Positions 27,455 to 36,954 of a stretch of 64,000 bases of DNA are shown piece after piece. The stretch comes from an uncultured Candidatus Saccharibacteria bacterium (GTDB lineage Bacteria > Patescibacteriota > Minisyncoccia > Phycocordibacterales > UBA918): positions 96,679 through 160,678 of the forward strand of contig CAYOAM010000001.1 of the NCBI GenBank assembly GCA_964402035.1, given 5' to 3'. Every line of letters starts with the position of its first letter. The stretch's first letter is position 1. The translations under genes and the position numbers were made by a program. Under the pieces are notes generated by a model. The model saw only the letters and a program-made list of their open reading frames with translations, searched no databases and was not told where the DNA came from.

Positions 27455-28600
27455 ATGGAACCACTAGCAAGTCGCATGCGGCCAACGTCACTTAAAGACT
27501 TTGTGGGGCAGGAGCATTTGGTGGGGGTGGGCAAACCACTCTTTGAAGCGATCAAAGGTAAGCATCTCTTTTCTTTTATCCTCTGGGGTCCTCCTGGTAC
27601 CGGGAAGACGACACTGGCACGTATTTATGCACAAGCGCTCAATGCTGAGTTTTATGAACTCTCGGCTGTGTCGGCAGGCAAGGAAGATGTTCGTGAGATT
27701 ATTAAAATGGGAACGTTGGGAAAACCGAAAGTATTATTTCTTGATGAGATCCATCGGTTTAATAAAGCACAGCAGGATTTCCTTTTACCTTATGTTGAGA
27801 TGGGTACACTCTCGCTCCTCGGTGCCACTACCGAAAATCCGTCTTTTGAAGTCATACCTGCACTACTTTCTCGTTGCAGGGTTTTTATTCTCAATTCTCT
27901 CACCGAGAAAAATATTCATACGATACTCAAGCGTACAAAGGTCAAGATTCCAAAAGATGCTGAGGCGTGGCTTACGCGTGTCGCTGATGGAGACGCACGC
28001 CAAGCACTCACGATTATAGACGCCGCACTTTCTCTCTATGGTGCCGTGACCTTAGAGACACTCAGGGAGGCAGTTCAATCGACACATATTCGGTACGATA
28101 AAAAAGGTGAGGAGCACTACAACACTATTTCTGCTTTTATAAAAAGCATGCGCGCAGGACACGCAGATGCTGCGCTCTACTATCTCGCACGAATGGTTGC
28201 CGCAGGCGGGGACCCCAAGTTTATTGCGCGTCGCATGGTCGTGTTTGCGAGCGAGGATGTGGGGCTTGCACAGCCGACAGCACTCGTAGTTGCAAACGAA
28301 GTTTTTCGAGCGGTCGAGATGATTGGGTATCCCGAATGTGCTATCAATCTTGCGCATGGTGTTGCGTATCTATCACAGTGTAAAAAAGATCGTTCCGCGT
28401 ATGATGCGTATCTTGCCGCGCGCGCAGATGTTGAGGCACATGGTGCGCTCCCCATACCAATGAAACTTCGCAACGCTCCAACAAAACTTATGAAAGTGGT
28501 GGGGTATGGTAAGGGATATGAAATGTATGATAGTGAGAGCTATCTACCAGAGAAATTGAAAGGGAAGAAGTATTTGCCACCGAAGGGATCGGGTGGCTGA
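27455..28600 (+). CDS. rarA: Replication-associated recombination protein A (RarA/MgsA AAA+ ATPase)
   Basis: Walker A GPPGTGKTT, Walker B FLDEIHRFNK, sensor and arginine-finger regions, and a C-terminal MgsA helical domain. Confidence 0.9.
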   Translation: MEPLASRMRPTSLKDFVGQEHLVGVGKPLFEAIKGKHLFSFILWGPPGTGKTTLARIYAQALNAEFYELSAVSAGKEDVREIIKMGTLGKPKVLFLDEIHRFNKAQQDFLLPYVEMGTLSLLGATTENPSFEVIPALLSRCRVFILNSLTEKNIHTILKRTKVKIPKDAEAWLTRVADGDARQALTIIDAALSLYGAVTLETLREAVQSTHIRYDKKGEEHYNTISAFIKSMRAGHADAALYYLARMVAAGGDPKFIARRMVVFASEDVGLAQPTALVVANEVFRAVEMIGYPECAINLAHGVAYLSQCKKDRSAYDAYLAARADVEAHGALPIPMKLRNAPTKLMKVVGYGKGYEMYDSESYLPEKLKGKKYLPPKGSGG

Positions 28601-28617
28601 TTCTGAGGAAGTAACAC

Positions 28618-28739
28618 GGCAGAGCTTTCTGCTCCCACATGTTCCCGGCCTTAAAAAAGTGCTGGGCCACTCCGCTCGGAAGGTAAAATTTTTAAAGAAA
28701 ATTTTACCTTCCTGTGAGAGGGTCGCCAAAAGCTCTGCC
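28618..28739 (+). repeat. Structured intergenic repeat element, copy B (same family as 27207-27420)
   Basis: Terminal inverted repeat GGCAGAGCTTT ... AAAGCTCTGCC. Internal 15-bp perfect hairpin GGAAGGTAAAATTTT/AAAATTTTACCTTCC. Same conserved blocks as copy A (CTCCCACATGTTCC, GCCACTCCGCTCG, TCCTGTGAGAGGGTCG), with different, compensatory stem sequences. Confidence 0.55.
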
Positions 28740-28820
28740 GCGCTACTTCTACTGTTACTTCTGGATTAGAAGCTTTACGCTTCTCCCGGCGATGGACATT
28801 TGGTGTATAATGAAACTTAT

Positions 28821-29558
28821 ATGGAACAGAATAAAAATAAAAAAGTGATGGTGGGGGTTGGGCTCGCAGTTGCATGTGTTGCGATTGCAGCATTTGTATA
28901 TTCGTCAAAAGTAGATGCTCCGACGGAGGTAATGGTTGATGGAACAGTGCAGGATCAGCGAGCTACCGCAAAAAAGGGCAACACACTTCGTGACCTTTTG
29001 GCGCTTGGTCAAAGTCAAAAGTGTACCTATAGCTCTACGATTGAAGGAACGACAAGCGATGGAACCATGTATATTTCAGGAGCAAAAATGCGCGGTGATT
29101 TTGCAACAAAGACAACCGTCAACGGTACGACCGTGTCGACTGAATCACACATGATCACCGATGGCAAAGAAATGCGTATGTGGACCGAGGGCGAGAGTAT
29201 GGGAATACTGATGGAAAATATCGACGCGCAAACGGATACCAAAAATCCAAATACGCCCGTGAAAAATGATATGGTCGACCTCGACACAGACATGAACTAC
29301 AACTGTGAGCCATGGACGGCACGCAGCTCGTTTTTTGAAGCACCAGGAACGGTGACGTTTCATTCAATGACCGATATGATGCAGATGAATATGCCGAAGA
29401 CAGCACCAGTCACGGATGTGGGTGGCGATGTAGGTATGGGAGCGGGGATGGAAGCGGGTGGAATGGCAGATATGAAAGCGATGCAGTGTCAGATGTGCGC
29501 TCAAGCTCCTGACGCAGCAAGTAAAGCGCAGTGTTTGAAAACCTTTGCGTGTGAATAA
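28821..29558 (+). CDS. Membrane-anchored hypothetical protein with Cys-rich C-terminus
   Basis: N-terminal TM helix and C-terminal MQCQMCAQAPDAASKAQCLKTFACE. No known domain. Confidence 0.4.
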   Translation: MEQNKNKKVMVGVGLAVACVAIAAFVYSSKVDAPTEVMVDGTVQDQRATAKKGNTLRDLLALGQSQKCTYSSTIEGTTSDGTMYISGAKMRGDFATKTTVNGTTVSTESHMITDGKEMRMWTEGESMGILMENIDAQTDTKNPNTPVKNDMVDLDTDMNYNCEPWTARSSFFEAPGTVTFHSMTDMMQMNMPKTAPVTDVGGDVGMGAGMEAGGMADMKAMQCQMCAQAPDAASKAQCLKTFACE

Positions 29559-29702
29559 ATACCCTGAAGTACAAGGGTGAGGTGCGATATCATGACGAGA
29601 AACAACATGCTCGGTAATTTTCTGTTCATATGAGTATGCTTGCTGTAAATAGAGAAGCCGGCTTTACTTTGGTTGGTATGTATGCAGTCCTGTTACAGCG
29701 CT

Positions 29703-30269
29703 ATGATAAAAACGCTTAGACAAAAGTTAGAAAAAGTCTTCGATAAAAAAAGCGAGGGGCAGGATGCTGGCTTCATGCTTACTGAGTTGTTGGTGGTGAT
29801 CGCGATTGTCACTATTTTGTCTTCAGTTGCGTATGCTGCGATTAGTGGTGCACGAGATAAGGTAAAGGATAAGGCGATTATGGCAACCATGCTGGGTATA
29901 CAACTTCGCGCCGCAGCGCTTTACGAAAAAAATGGATGTTACTTGACAACCAGCAGTTGTGCGCTTGTTTCGTCGGTAACATCAGTGGGATCGTATGCTG
30001 GTTTTCTTGATCGGTCTATATCAAAAGACCCAGATATAGCTAATGCGCTTATCTATGTTGATCAACAGACCAGGTTTTCGATGAGTGTACCGATTGTGGG
30101 TTTTTCTGGGGATTGGAAAAGATGGGTTGTGTCTGCTCCCTTAAGGAGTGATCGGACAAAATGGTTTTGCGTAGATAGTACCCGAAACCAACGAATCGTC
30201 AGCGTCCCACTAGGCTCTTTCCTAAATTATGGATTCAATACGATTTCTTTACGCTGTAGGGATTCATAA
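29703..30269 (+). CDS. Type IV pilin-like protein with long (about 23 aa) leader
   Basis: MIKTLRQKLEKVFDKKSEGQDAG|FMLTELLVVIAIV: G-1, F+1, E+5. C-terminal CVDS motif. Confidence 0.75.
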   Translation: MIKTLRQKLEKVFDKKSEGQDAGFMLTELLVVIAIVTILSSVAYAAISGARDKVKDKAIMATMLGIQLRAAALYEKNGCYLTTSSCALVSSVTSVGSYAGFLDRSISKDPDIANALIYVDQQTRFSMSVPIVGFSGDWKRWVVSAPLRSDRTKWFCVDSTRNQRIVSVPLGSFLNYGFNTISLRCRDS

Positions 30270-30572
30270 CCTACCGTCATTCGATGATTGTGAAAGTCCA
30301 AAGGTCAACTGCTGATAGCTATTAATTGAGTTGCGTTGATAGTCAGCACATTCAAGCAGAAGTTACTTTGTTTCGTTTCTGTCTAATCATAAACGTATGT
30401 TGGTATTTATAGAGTCAGCACAAGCTATTCAAGGATTGCTGCTTAAAGATTTTATGGAATATCATGTAGGTAATGATATTTCTTGAGGGGTAGTGTGTAC
30501 AGATCAAGTCTTTTTAGTTATTGCGTGCTAGTATTGAATTAGTAGGTTCGTATGCTGTCTTGGTACAGCGCT

Positions 30573-31223
30573 ATGATAAAAAAGATTAGACAAAAGTTAA
30601 AAAAATTATCAAAGAAAAAAGGTGAGGAGCAGGATACTGGCTTCACGCTTATTGAGATGTTGGTCGTGATCGCTATTATCGCTATCTTATCTTCGGTTGC
30701 GTATACTGCGGTTGGTAGCGCGCGTGCAAAAGCGACAGATAAGGCAATTATTGCGTCACTCGAAGGAATGAGACTGATAGCAAGATCAATATATGAAAAA
30801 AATGGGTGTTATGCCGCAAGCGTAGAAGCATGCACGGGCTTTTTGGAGCGTGGTGTACTTGTAACGATTGATGGACACGGAGCGTACGATTGTCGTAATG
30901 GCTCTACAATGTCGGCGTACGCAGGTACCCATTATTTTGATAGTGATCCAAAAATCAAAGCCGCATTAAGAGCAGTAGCAGATCATGTGGGCAATGTTCC
31001 GTATTCTGTGTCTTGCAAATCAAGCGTTGGTGGTGCAGATTGGGTTATTTCTGCTACTTTGAAATCTGATCCGTCTAAGCGATGGTGTGTGGATAGTAAA
31101 GGAAATAGCAGGCTCGTAACACCTGGTACGTTTGCTTATCCACCAATTCTTGCAATACCTCCTAGTGATTTTGGTTTTACAAATCCAGGGTTTGATGGAA
31201 TTTCGCATTGTAAAAGCAGTTAG
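30573..31223 (+). CDS. Type IV pilin-like protein, tandem paralog
   Basis: MIKKIRQKLKKLSKKKGEEQDTG|FTLIEMLVVIAII. Nucleotides around the start codon are near-identical to the upstream paralog. Confidence 0.75.
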   Translation: MIKKIRQKLKKLSKKKGEEQDTGFTLIEMLVVIAIIAILSSVAYTAVGSARAKATDKAIIASLEGMRLIARSIYEKNGCYAASVEACTGFLERGVLVTIDGHGAYDCRNGSTMSAYAGTHYFDSDPKIKAALRAVADHVGNVPYSVSCKSSVGGADWVISATLKSDPSKRWCVDSKGNSRLVTPGTFAYPPILAIPPSDFGFTNPGFDGISHCKSS

Positions 31224-31295
31224 TGTTTATCAAGCCCCGAGCATCTGTTCAGCTAGCTATTTTTTGATTTGTGTTGTAATATAGCCTCTATTCGG

Positions 31296-31320
31296 GGAGC
31301 CCGCGATGCGGGCGTTTTTA
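31296..31320 (+). terminator. Rho-independent terminator after pilin pair
   Basis: GCCCGC-GAT-GCGGGC followed by GTTTTTA. Confidence 0.5.
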
Positions 31321-31370
31321 GTCACTTTCGCCGATTTATTTGTTGTTTTTGTTTTATTACCTCAATTTTT

Positions 31371-33155
31371 ATGGAAATACGCAATATCGCTATTATCGCG
31401 CACGTGGACCACGGCAAGACCACCCTTACGGATGCCTTAATGCGTCAAACAGGTGCGGTCACCGATGCGTCAGTATCTATGGACTCAAACGCTCTTGAGC
31501 TTGAGCGCGGTATTACGATTTATGCGAAAAATGCGTCAGTAAACTACAAGGGTACAAAAATCAACATCGTTGATACTCCTGGTCACGCTGATTTTGGAAG
31601 TGAAGTTGAACGTGTGCTTCGATCCATTGATTCAGTGCTCCTTGTCGTCGATGCACAGGAAGGGCCCATGCCCCAGACACGCTTTGTACTCAAAAAGTCT
31701 CTTGAGCTCGGTCTCAAGCCAATTGTCGTCATCAACAAGATCGACAAACCTGCAGCAAATCCTGATCTTTGTGAAGAGCAGGTGCTTGAACTCTTTATTG
31801 AACTTGGGGCAAATGACGCACAGGCAGATTTCCCCGTGATCTATGCGATCGGCAGACAAGGGATTGCAAAAAAGAAGTTGACGGACGAATCAAAAGATCT
31901 CTCACCACTCCTTGATCTCGTTTTGGAGCACGTACCGCCTGCAGTCGTGTACAAAGACGGTGATCCATTGCGCATGCAGGTTTTTAATCTCGCATACGAC
32001 AACTTTGTGGGACGCCTTGCAGTTGCTCGCATCTATGAAGGGAAAATAAAACAAGGACAGTCGGTCTTTATACGCAAAGCTGATGGTACGGTACGTACGG
32101 GAAAAATCACCAAACTCCAAGCCTTTCAAGGGGTCACTCGCAGTGATGTAGCCGAGGCTACGGCTGGCGATATTGTGATGATCGCAGGTATTAGCGACAT
32201 TTATATCGGAGAAACGGTATCCGATAGTGCTGACGCAGCACCACTACCTACTATTGCTGTTGATGAGCCGACGATCGCACTCAATTTTGTGGTCAACAAT
32301 TCGCCTTTTGCCGGACGAGAAGGGAAATTTGTAACTTCAAGACAAATTCGTGATCGACTTGAGCGTGAGCTTGAAATCAATGTAGGGTTGCGTGTGACAT
32401 TTGGATCAGGAGATATTTTTAATGTATTGGGGCGCGGTGAACTCCATGTCGCTATTCTCCTCGAAAACATGCGCCGCGAAGGATATGAACTACAGGTCTC
32501 ACAGCCACAGGTTATTATCCGTGAAGAAAACGGTGTAAAGCTTGAGCCGTACGAAGAAGTAGTGATCGATACACCAAGCGAGTATCAGGGAACCATTATT
32601 GAGAGACTTGGTCAGCGTGCCTTTATCATGTCTGATATGCGTGTGCATGATAACTCCGTACGCATTGTTCTTAAGGGTCCAACGCGTGGACTTTTGGGAT
32701 ATAGAGGGCAGTTTGTGATTGATACAAAGGGTGAGGGGATCATGTCGTCACGAGTTCTTGGTTTTGAACCGTATGCAGGGGAGATAAAGAAGAAACAAAC
32801 AGGATCCATGATCTCGATGGCGACCGGAAAAGCGCTTGGTTTTGCACTATGGAATCTCCAAGATCGCGGTGTGCTCTATATCACTCCAGGAACTGAAGCG
32901 TATGAGGGAATGGTGATCGGAAACACATCAAAAGGTGAAGAAATGCCGGTAAATCCTACTAAAGGAAAGAATCTTACTAATGTGCGATCATCATCTTCTG
33001 ATGAAGCAATTACGCTCGTGCCACCATGGGAACTCACCATCGAACGTGGGCTTGAAATTATGGCAGGTGATGAATATCTCGAAATAACTCCAAAATCAGT
33101 GCGATTGCGTAAACAACACCTCACTGAGTCTGATCGCGCAAAATCTCGCCGCTAG
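31371..33155 (+). CDS. typA: Translational GTPase TypA/BipA
   Basis: G1 AHVDHGKTT, G3 DTPGHADF, G4 NKID, and an EF-G-like domain order ending in a BipA-type C-terminal domain. Start chosen at MEIRN. Confidence 0.93.
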   Translation: MEIRNIAIIAHVDHGKTTLTDALMRQTGAVTDASVSMDSNALELERGITIYAKNASVNYKGTKINIVDTPGHADFGSEVERVLRSIDSVLLVVDAQEGPMPQTRFVLKKSLELGLKPIVVINKIDKPAANPDLCEEQVLELFIELGANDAQADFPVIYAIGRQGIAKKKLTDESKDLSPLLDLVLEHVPPAVVYKDGDPLRMQVFNLAYDNFVGRLAVARIYEGKIKQGQSVFIRKADGTVRTGKITKLQAFQGVTRSDVAEATAGDIVMIAGISDIYIGETVSDSADAAPLPTIAVDEPTIALNFVVNNSPFAGREGKFVTSRQIRDRLERELEINVGLRVTFGSGDIFNVLGRGELHVAILLENMRREGYELQVSQPQVIIREENGVKLEPYEEVVIDTPSEYQGTIIERLGQRAFIMSDMRVHDNSVRIVLKGPTRGLLGYRGQFVIDTKGEGIMSSRVLGFEPYAGEIKKKQTGSMISMATGKALGFALWNLQDRGVLYITPGTEAYEGMVIGNTSKGEEMPVNPTKGKNLTNVRSSSSDEAITLVPPWELTIERGLEIMAGDEYLEITPKSVRLRKQHLTESDRAKSRR

Positions 33156-33281
33156 TAGCACATAAGCCAAACCGTTATCATCCAAGGTCCGGCCTTGGCT
33201 TGGATAGATGGCCTTGTGGCCTTGGATTTAGAATTTTGCTTTATGCTTTGCGTGAAAAGTCTTTGAAATTATTTCTAGTTT

Positions 33282-33312
33282 AAAAATGTCAAGGTTTAAC
33301 CTTGACATTTTT
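33282..33312. terminator. Bidirectional terminator-like perfect palindrome
   Basis: AAAAATGTCAAGGTT-T-AACCTTGACATTTTT: 15-bp perfect arms with A/T flanks. Confidence 0.5.
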
Positions 33313-33657
33313 AAAATGAAAATCGCATTGCGTGTTTTTATTTTTTGTTTTGGGGTAAAAATCAATATTGCATTTCTTTTATTTTATTTTCTGATGATGA
33401 AGAAGCGTAACTTCTGCACATAGTGTGCACAGTTTATGCAGTAGTTTTCCACACCACTTTTTTATATTTTCTGGCTTAGTTATTTACTAGGCTTAAAAGT
33501 TTTCCACAGAAATGTTTGTCAAGAACATATTTTTTGACAGTGTGACGATGTAATGGTTTTAGATTGTTGACGGTCTATGATGTATAGACGAATGCACTCG
33601 TCATGCATGAGAGCTTCGATCTTTATACATTTGTTATTAATAAGTTGTTCATTGAAA

Positions 33658-35088
33658 ATGAAAAGAATAATCACAAGTATCGGTATGATCGTCTTTGTTG
33701 GGGCGATGATATACGGAGGTACCGGCGCGTTTTTTAACGATACCGAGACCTCAGTCGGCAACGTCTTTACTGCGGGAGCTATTGACCTCAAGGTTGATAG
33801 CCAGCAGCATTACAACAACATGATCTGTGTTGAAAATCCGTCACCAGCTGAAGGAGACTACTACTGGCAGCCAGAAGTAGGATTTACTCCAGGTGTTGGA
33901 CATTACCCAGCGACGGGTACTGTTTGCGATGGTACCTGGACACTTACTGACCTTGGCGCAACAAACAAGTTTTTTAATTTTAGCGACGTAAAGCCAGGTG
34001 ATCAGGGCGAAAACACCGTTTCACTTCATATTGACAACAACCCAGCATGGGCATGTGTCAACATCAAGACGACTGCAAATGACGAAAACACTAATATTGA
34101 GCCTGAAGTAACTGCAGGTGATAACACCACTGGCCCAATCGGAAACGGTGAGCTTGCGGGAAATATTAATTTCCAAGTATGGCTTGACGATGGTGCTATC
34201 GATGGTTTTGGGGGTGAGGACGTAGGAGAAGGTGACAATATCTGGCAGGTAGGTGAACCGGCACTCGCAAGTGGCGCCATGAGCGACATTGTGGGAAATG
34301 GTCTTACGCTCACACTTGCTGATGGTGGTACTGGTAATCCTCTTCCTCCAACAGTAACCGACTATATTGGTATGTTCTGGTGCGCAGGTGATGTAACAGG
34401 TGGTGCAGGAAATCTCGGTTGCGACGGATCAACGATGGATAATACTTCACAGACAGACTCGGTGACCGCTGAAGTTACATTTATGGTTGAACAAGCTCGC
34501 AACAATGCAGCGTTCCGTTGTGTTCCACCGGTAGTTCCTCCAACGGCAACTACAACCATTACGGTTAATAAAGTAGTTGTTAACGACAACGGTGGTACTG
34601 CGGTAGTGGGAGATTTTGCTCTCACTGTGAGTGGTATCGGAGCGGTTGTTTCTGGAGCAGCAAATGTTGTTGCAACAGGTACCTATGATGTCAATGAGAC
34701 GGGAATTGGTGGATACGCAGCAACATTTGGTGGCGACTGTGATGTTGATGGAAACGTGACCGTTACGTCAGGGCAAAATGCTGTCTGTACTATTACCAAT
34801 AATGATATTCCAGCAAGCATCACGCTCAACAAGGTGGTCATCGGAGGTAATGCAACGACTACTGACTTTACACTCCGTGTAAATGGAAACGTAGTTCCAT
34901 CGGGCGGATCAGTGTCAGTCAATGGAAACAGTACACATACGATTAATGAAGATGCACTCGCAGGATACAACTTCACTTCAATAACAGGTGATGCGAAGTG
35001 TCCAGCAGTACTAGGCGGCGCAACATCGGTGTTGAATCTTGCAGAATCAATAACCTGCACGATCACAAACACAGCAGAAATATTCTAG
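33658..35088 (+). CDS. TasA/camelysin-like secreted protein with SipW-cognate signal peptide and C-terminal Ig-like (SpaA/Cna-B-like) repeats
   Basis: MKRIITSIGMIVFVGAMIYGGTGAFFNDTETSVGNVFTAGAIDLKVD matches the SipW-cognate (AFFSDTE...FTAGTLDL) class. Repeated VCTITNND / ITCTITNT beta-domains. Confidence 0.75.
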   Translation: MKRIITSIGMIVFVGAMIYGGTGAFFNDTETSVGNVFTAGAIDLKVDSQQHYNNMICVENPSPAEGDYYWQPEVGFTPGVGHYPATGTVCDGTWTLTDLGATNKFFNFSDVKPGDQGENTVSLHIDNNPAWACVNIKTTANDENTNIEPEVTAGDNTTGPIGNGELAGNINFQVWLDDGAIDGFGGEDVGEGDNIWQVGEPALASGAMSDIVGNGLTLTLADGGTGNPLPPTVTDYIGMFWCAGDVTGGAGNLGCDGSTMDNTSQTDSVTAEVTFMVEQARNNAAFRCVPPVVPPTATTTITVNKVVVNDNGGTAVVGDFALTVSGIGAVVSGAANVVATGTYDVNETGIGGYAATFGGDCDVDGNVTVTSGQNAVCTITNNDIPASITLNKVVIGGNATTTDFTLRVNGNVVPSGGSVSVNGNSTHTINEDALAGYNFTSITGDAKCPAVLGGATSVLNLAESITCTITNTAEIF

Positions 35089-35168
35089 TCCTCTCTAGCC
35101 GTTCAAAGCACCATTCGTGGTGCTTTGCGGGCTGCAGAGAACAGCACTTATATATTTAATAACTTTAT

Positions 35169-36920
35169 ATGCCGCGCATACTATTAAGCCTTGCTCTCAT
35201 CGCTCTTGTCGGTGGATCGCTCGTGTTTGGAGGCACGACTGCATTTTTTTCGGATACTGAATCGTCCGCAGCAAACGTCTTTACGGCGGGTGCTATCGAT
35301 CTTCAAATCGACAATGCGAGCTACTACAACGGTGTGTTTAATGAGGGGACATCGTGGGCGATGACGGATCTAACAGAGACTGAAAAGTTTTTTGATTTTG
35401 CTGACTTAAAACCTGACGACTACGGTGAAGACACCATATCGATTCATGTCGATAGCAATGATGCATATCTCTGCGCGGATGTGACCTTGACCACAAATGA
35501 TGACAATGGTCTCACGGAACCAGAAGTTGATGTTGATCCAAATGGTGACGGAGCTGGCAACGGTGAACTTGCGGATTTGGTGAATTTTATATGGTGGGCA
35601 GATGATGGGGACAATGTACTTGAGGACGATGAACATGCAATATCAAATGGACCATTGGGCGCCCTCGCACTCGGTGAGGTGAACACTATCCCACTTGCAG
35701 ATACGGAGAATAACATTTGGACCGGTACAGCGGGTCCTATCGCTGGTGGTGTAACTAAGTTTATTGGCAAGGCATGGTGCTTTGGTACGCTAGGAACTAC
35801 AACGATCATCGCTCAGGACGGCGTGGGAGATGTGCGCACACCAGCGGATGATAACAACGGAGACCTTGTTGCAGGTACCCCTGAGGATGGAGGTTATACC
35901 TGTGACGGCTCAACGTTAGGTAATGAAAGTCAGACAGATTCTTTGACGGCAGATATCAGTTTTGACGCCGTGCAGGCTCGACACAATCCAAATTTCACCT
36001 GTCTGGGGCCAACAGGCGGGTCAGTGACGACACTTACGTTGGTGAAACTTGTGATCAATGATGATGGTGGTACAGCGTCTTCATCAGCGTGGACGCTTCA
36101 AGCCGATGGTCCGACTGACATTTCAGGCACTTCAGGTAGTGTAAGTGTTACGAATGCACCGGTCGTACCCGGAGCATATACACTCTCTGAACTCAATGGA
36201 CCTGCGGGATATGTTGCTTCGCAATATAGTTGTATCGTAAACGGTGGAGCACCGGTAGTTGGGAATGCAATCAATATTGCGGAAGGAGAATCGGCGGTCT
36301 GTACTATCACAAATAACGATGAGAATGTGAGCTGTGAAATATCAGAAGTGCAGACCCTCATTCCTGACAGTGGCTTTGAAAACCCTGAAGTGACAGCGGG
36401 AGCGCAATGGGATGTCTTCAATTCTCCTGCGGGCGCATGGAACGTGTTATGGCGCGATGACATACCTGCAACCTTTGGATCACAAAATCGCCCAAATCCT
36501 GCACGTCTAGAGATCCATGAAGGTGTGCTTGGTGCCGCCTTTGAAGGAAATCAATACACCGAGCTTGATAGTGATTGGGGTGGACCATTGGATAGCGGTA
36601 ATGGCGAACCAGCATCCGTCACCATATATCAAGACATTCCGACAACACCAGGGAACACGTACAGAATCAAGTTTGCCTTTGCTCCTCGTCCAAATACCGT
36701 AGCGGCTGAAAATAAACTCGAAGTCCGTTGGGGAGGAGACCCTGTGTTTGATAGCGGTAATGTTGCTGATCCAAATGGAGGTATTGAGTGGCAGCCAATG
36801 ACCTTTGATGTCCTTGCTACGACAACAACAACACGACTTCAGTTTACGGATCTTGGCACTGCAAATTCGCTTGGTACATTCCTCGATGACATAAAGCTGT
36901 TTGGTGAAGTGTGCCAGTAG
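35169..36920 (+). CDS. TasA/camelysin-like secreted protein paralog with C-terminal DUF642-like beta-sandwich domain
   Basis: GGTTAFFSDTESSAANVFTAGAIDLQIDN. The C-terminus has GFENPEV...WDVFNS...NQYTELDSDWGGP, shared with 36955, 44488 (twice), and 7276-like modules. Confidence 0.75.
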   Translation: MPRILLSLALIALVGGSLVFGGTTAFFSDTESSAANVFTAGAIDLQIDNASYYNGVFNEGTSWAMTDLTETEKFFDFADLKPDDYGEDTISIHVDSNDAYLCADVTLTTNDDNGLTEPEVDVDPNGDGAGNGELADLVNFIWWADDGDNVLEDDEHAISNGPLGALALGEVNTIPLADTENNIWTGTAGPIAGGVTKFIGKAWCFGTLGTTTIIAQDGVGDVRTPADDNNGDLVAGTPEDGGYTCDGSTLGNESQTDSLTADISFDAVQARHNPNFTCLGPTGGSVTTLTLVKLVINDDGGTASSSAWTLQADGPTDISGTSGSVSVTNAPVVPGAYTLSELNGPAGYVASQYSCIVNGGAPVVGNAINIAEGESAVCTITNNDENVSCEISEVQTLIPDSGFENPEVTAGAQWDVFNSPAGAWNVLWRDDIPATFGSQNRPNPARLEIHEGVLGAAFEGNQYTELDSDWGGPLDSGNGEPASVTIYQDIPTTPGNTYRIKFAFAPRPNTVAAENKLEVRWGGDPVFDSGNVADPNGGIEWQPMTFDVLATTTTTRLQFTDLGTANSLGTFLDDIKLFGEVCQ

Positions 36921-36954
36921 ATGTCTTAAGTCCTCGTCGATCGCGAGTGCACAT

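Noticed and set aside
27207-28739. Interpreting the rarA-flanking elements as hammerhead/twister ribozymes, group II intron domain V, or integron attC sites
   Set aside because: The conserved cores (CUGAUGA...GAAA; AGC-triad domain V; R''-L''/L'-R' attC boxes) are not present. The elements are left as unclassified structured repeats.
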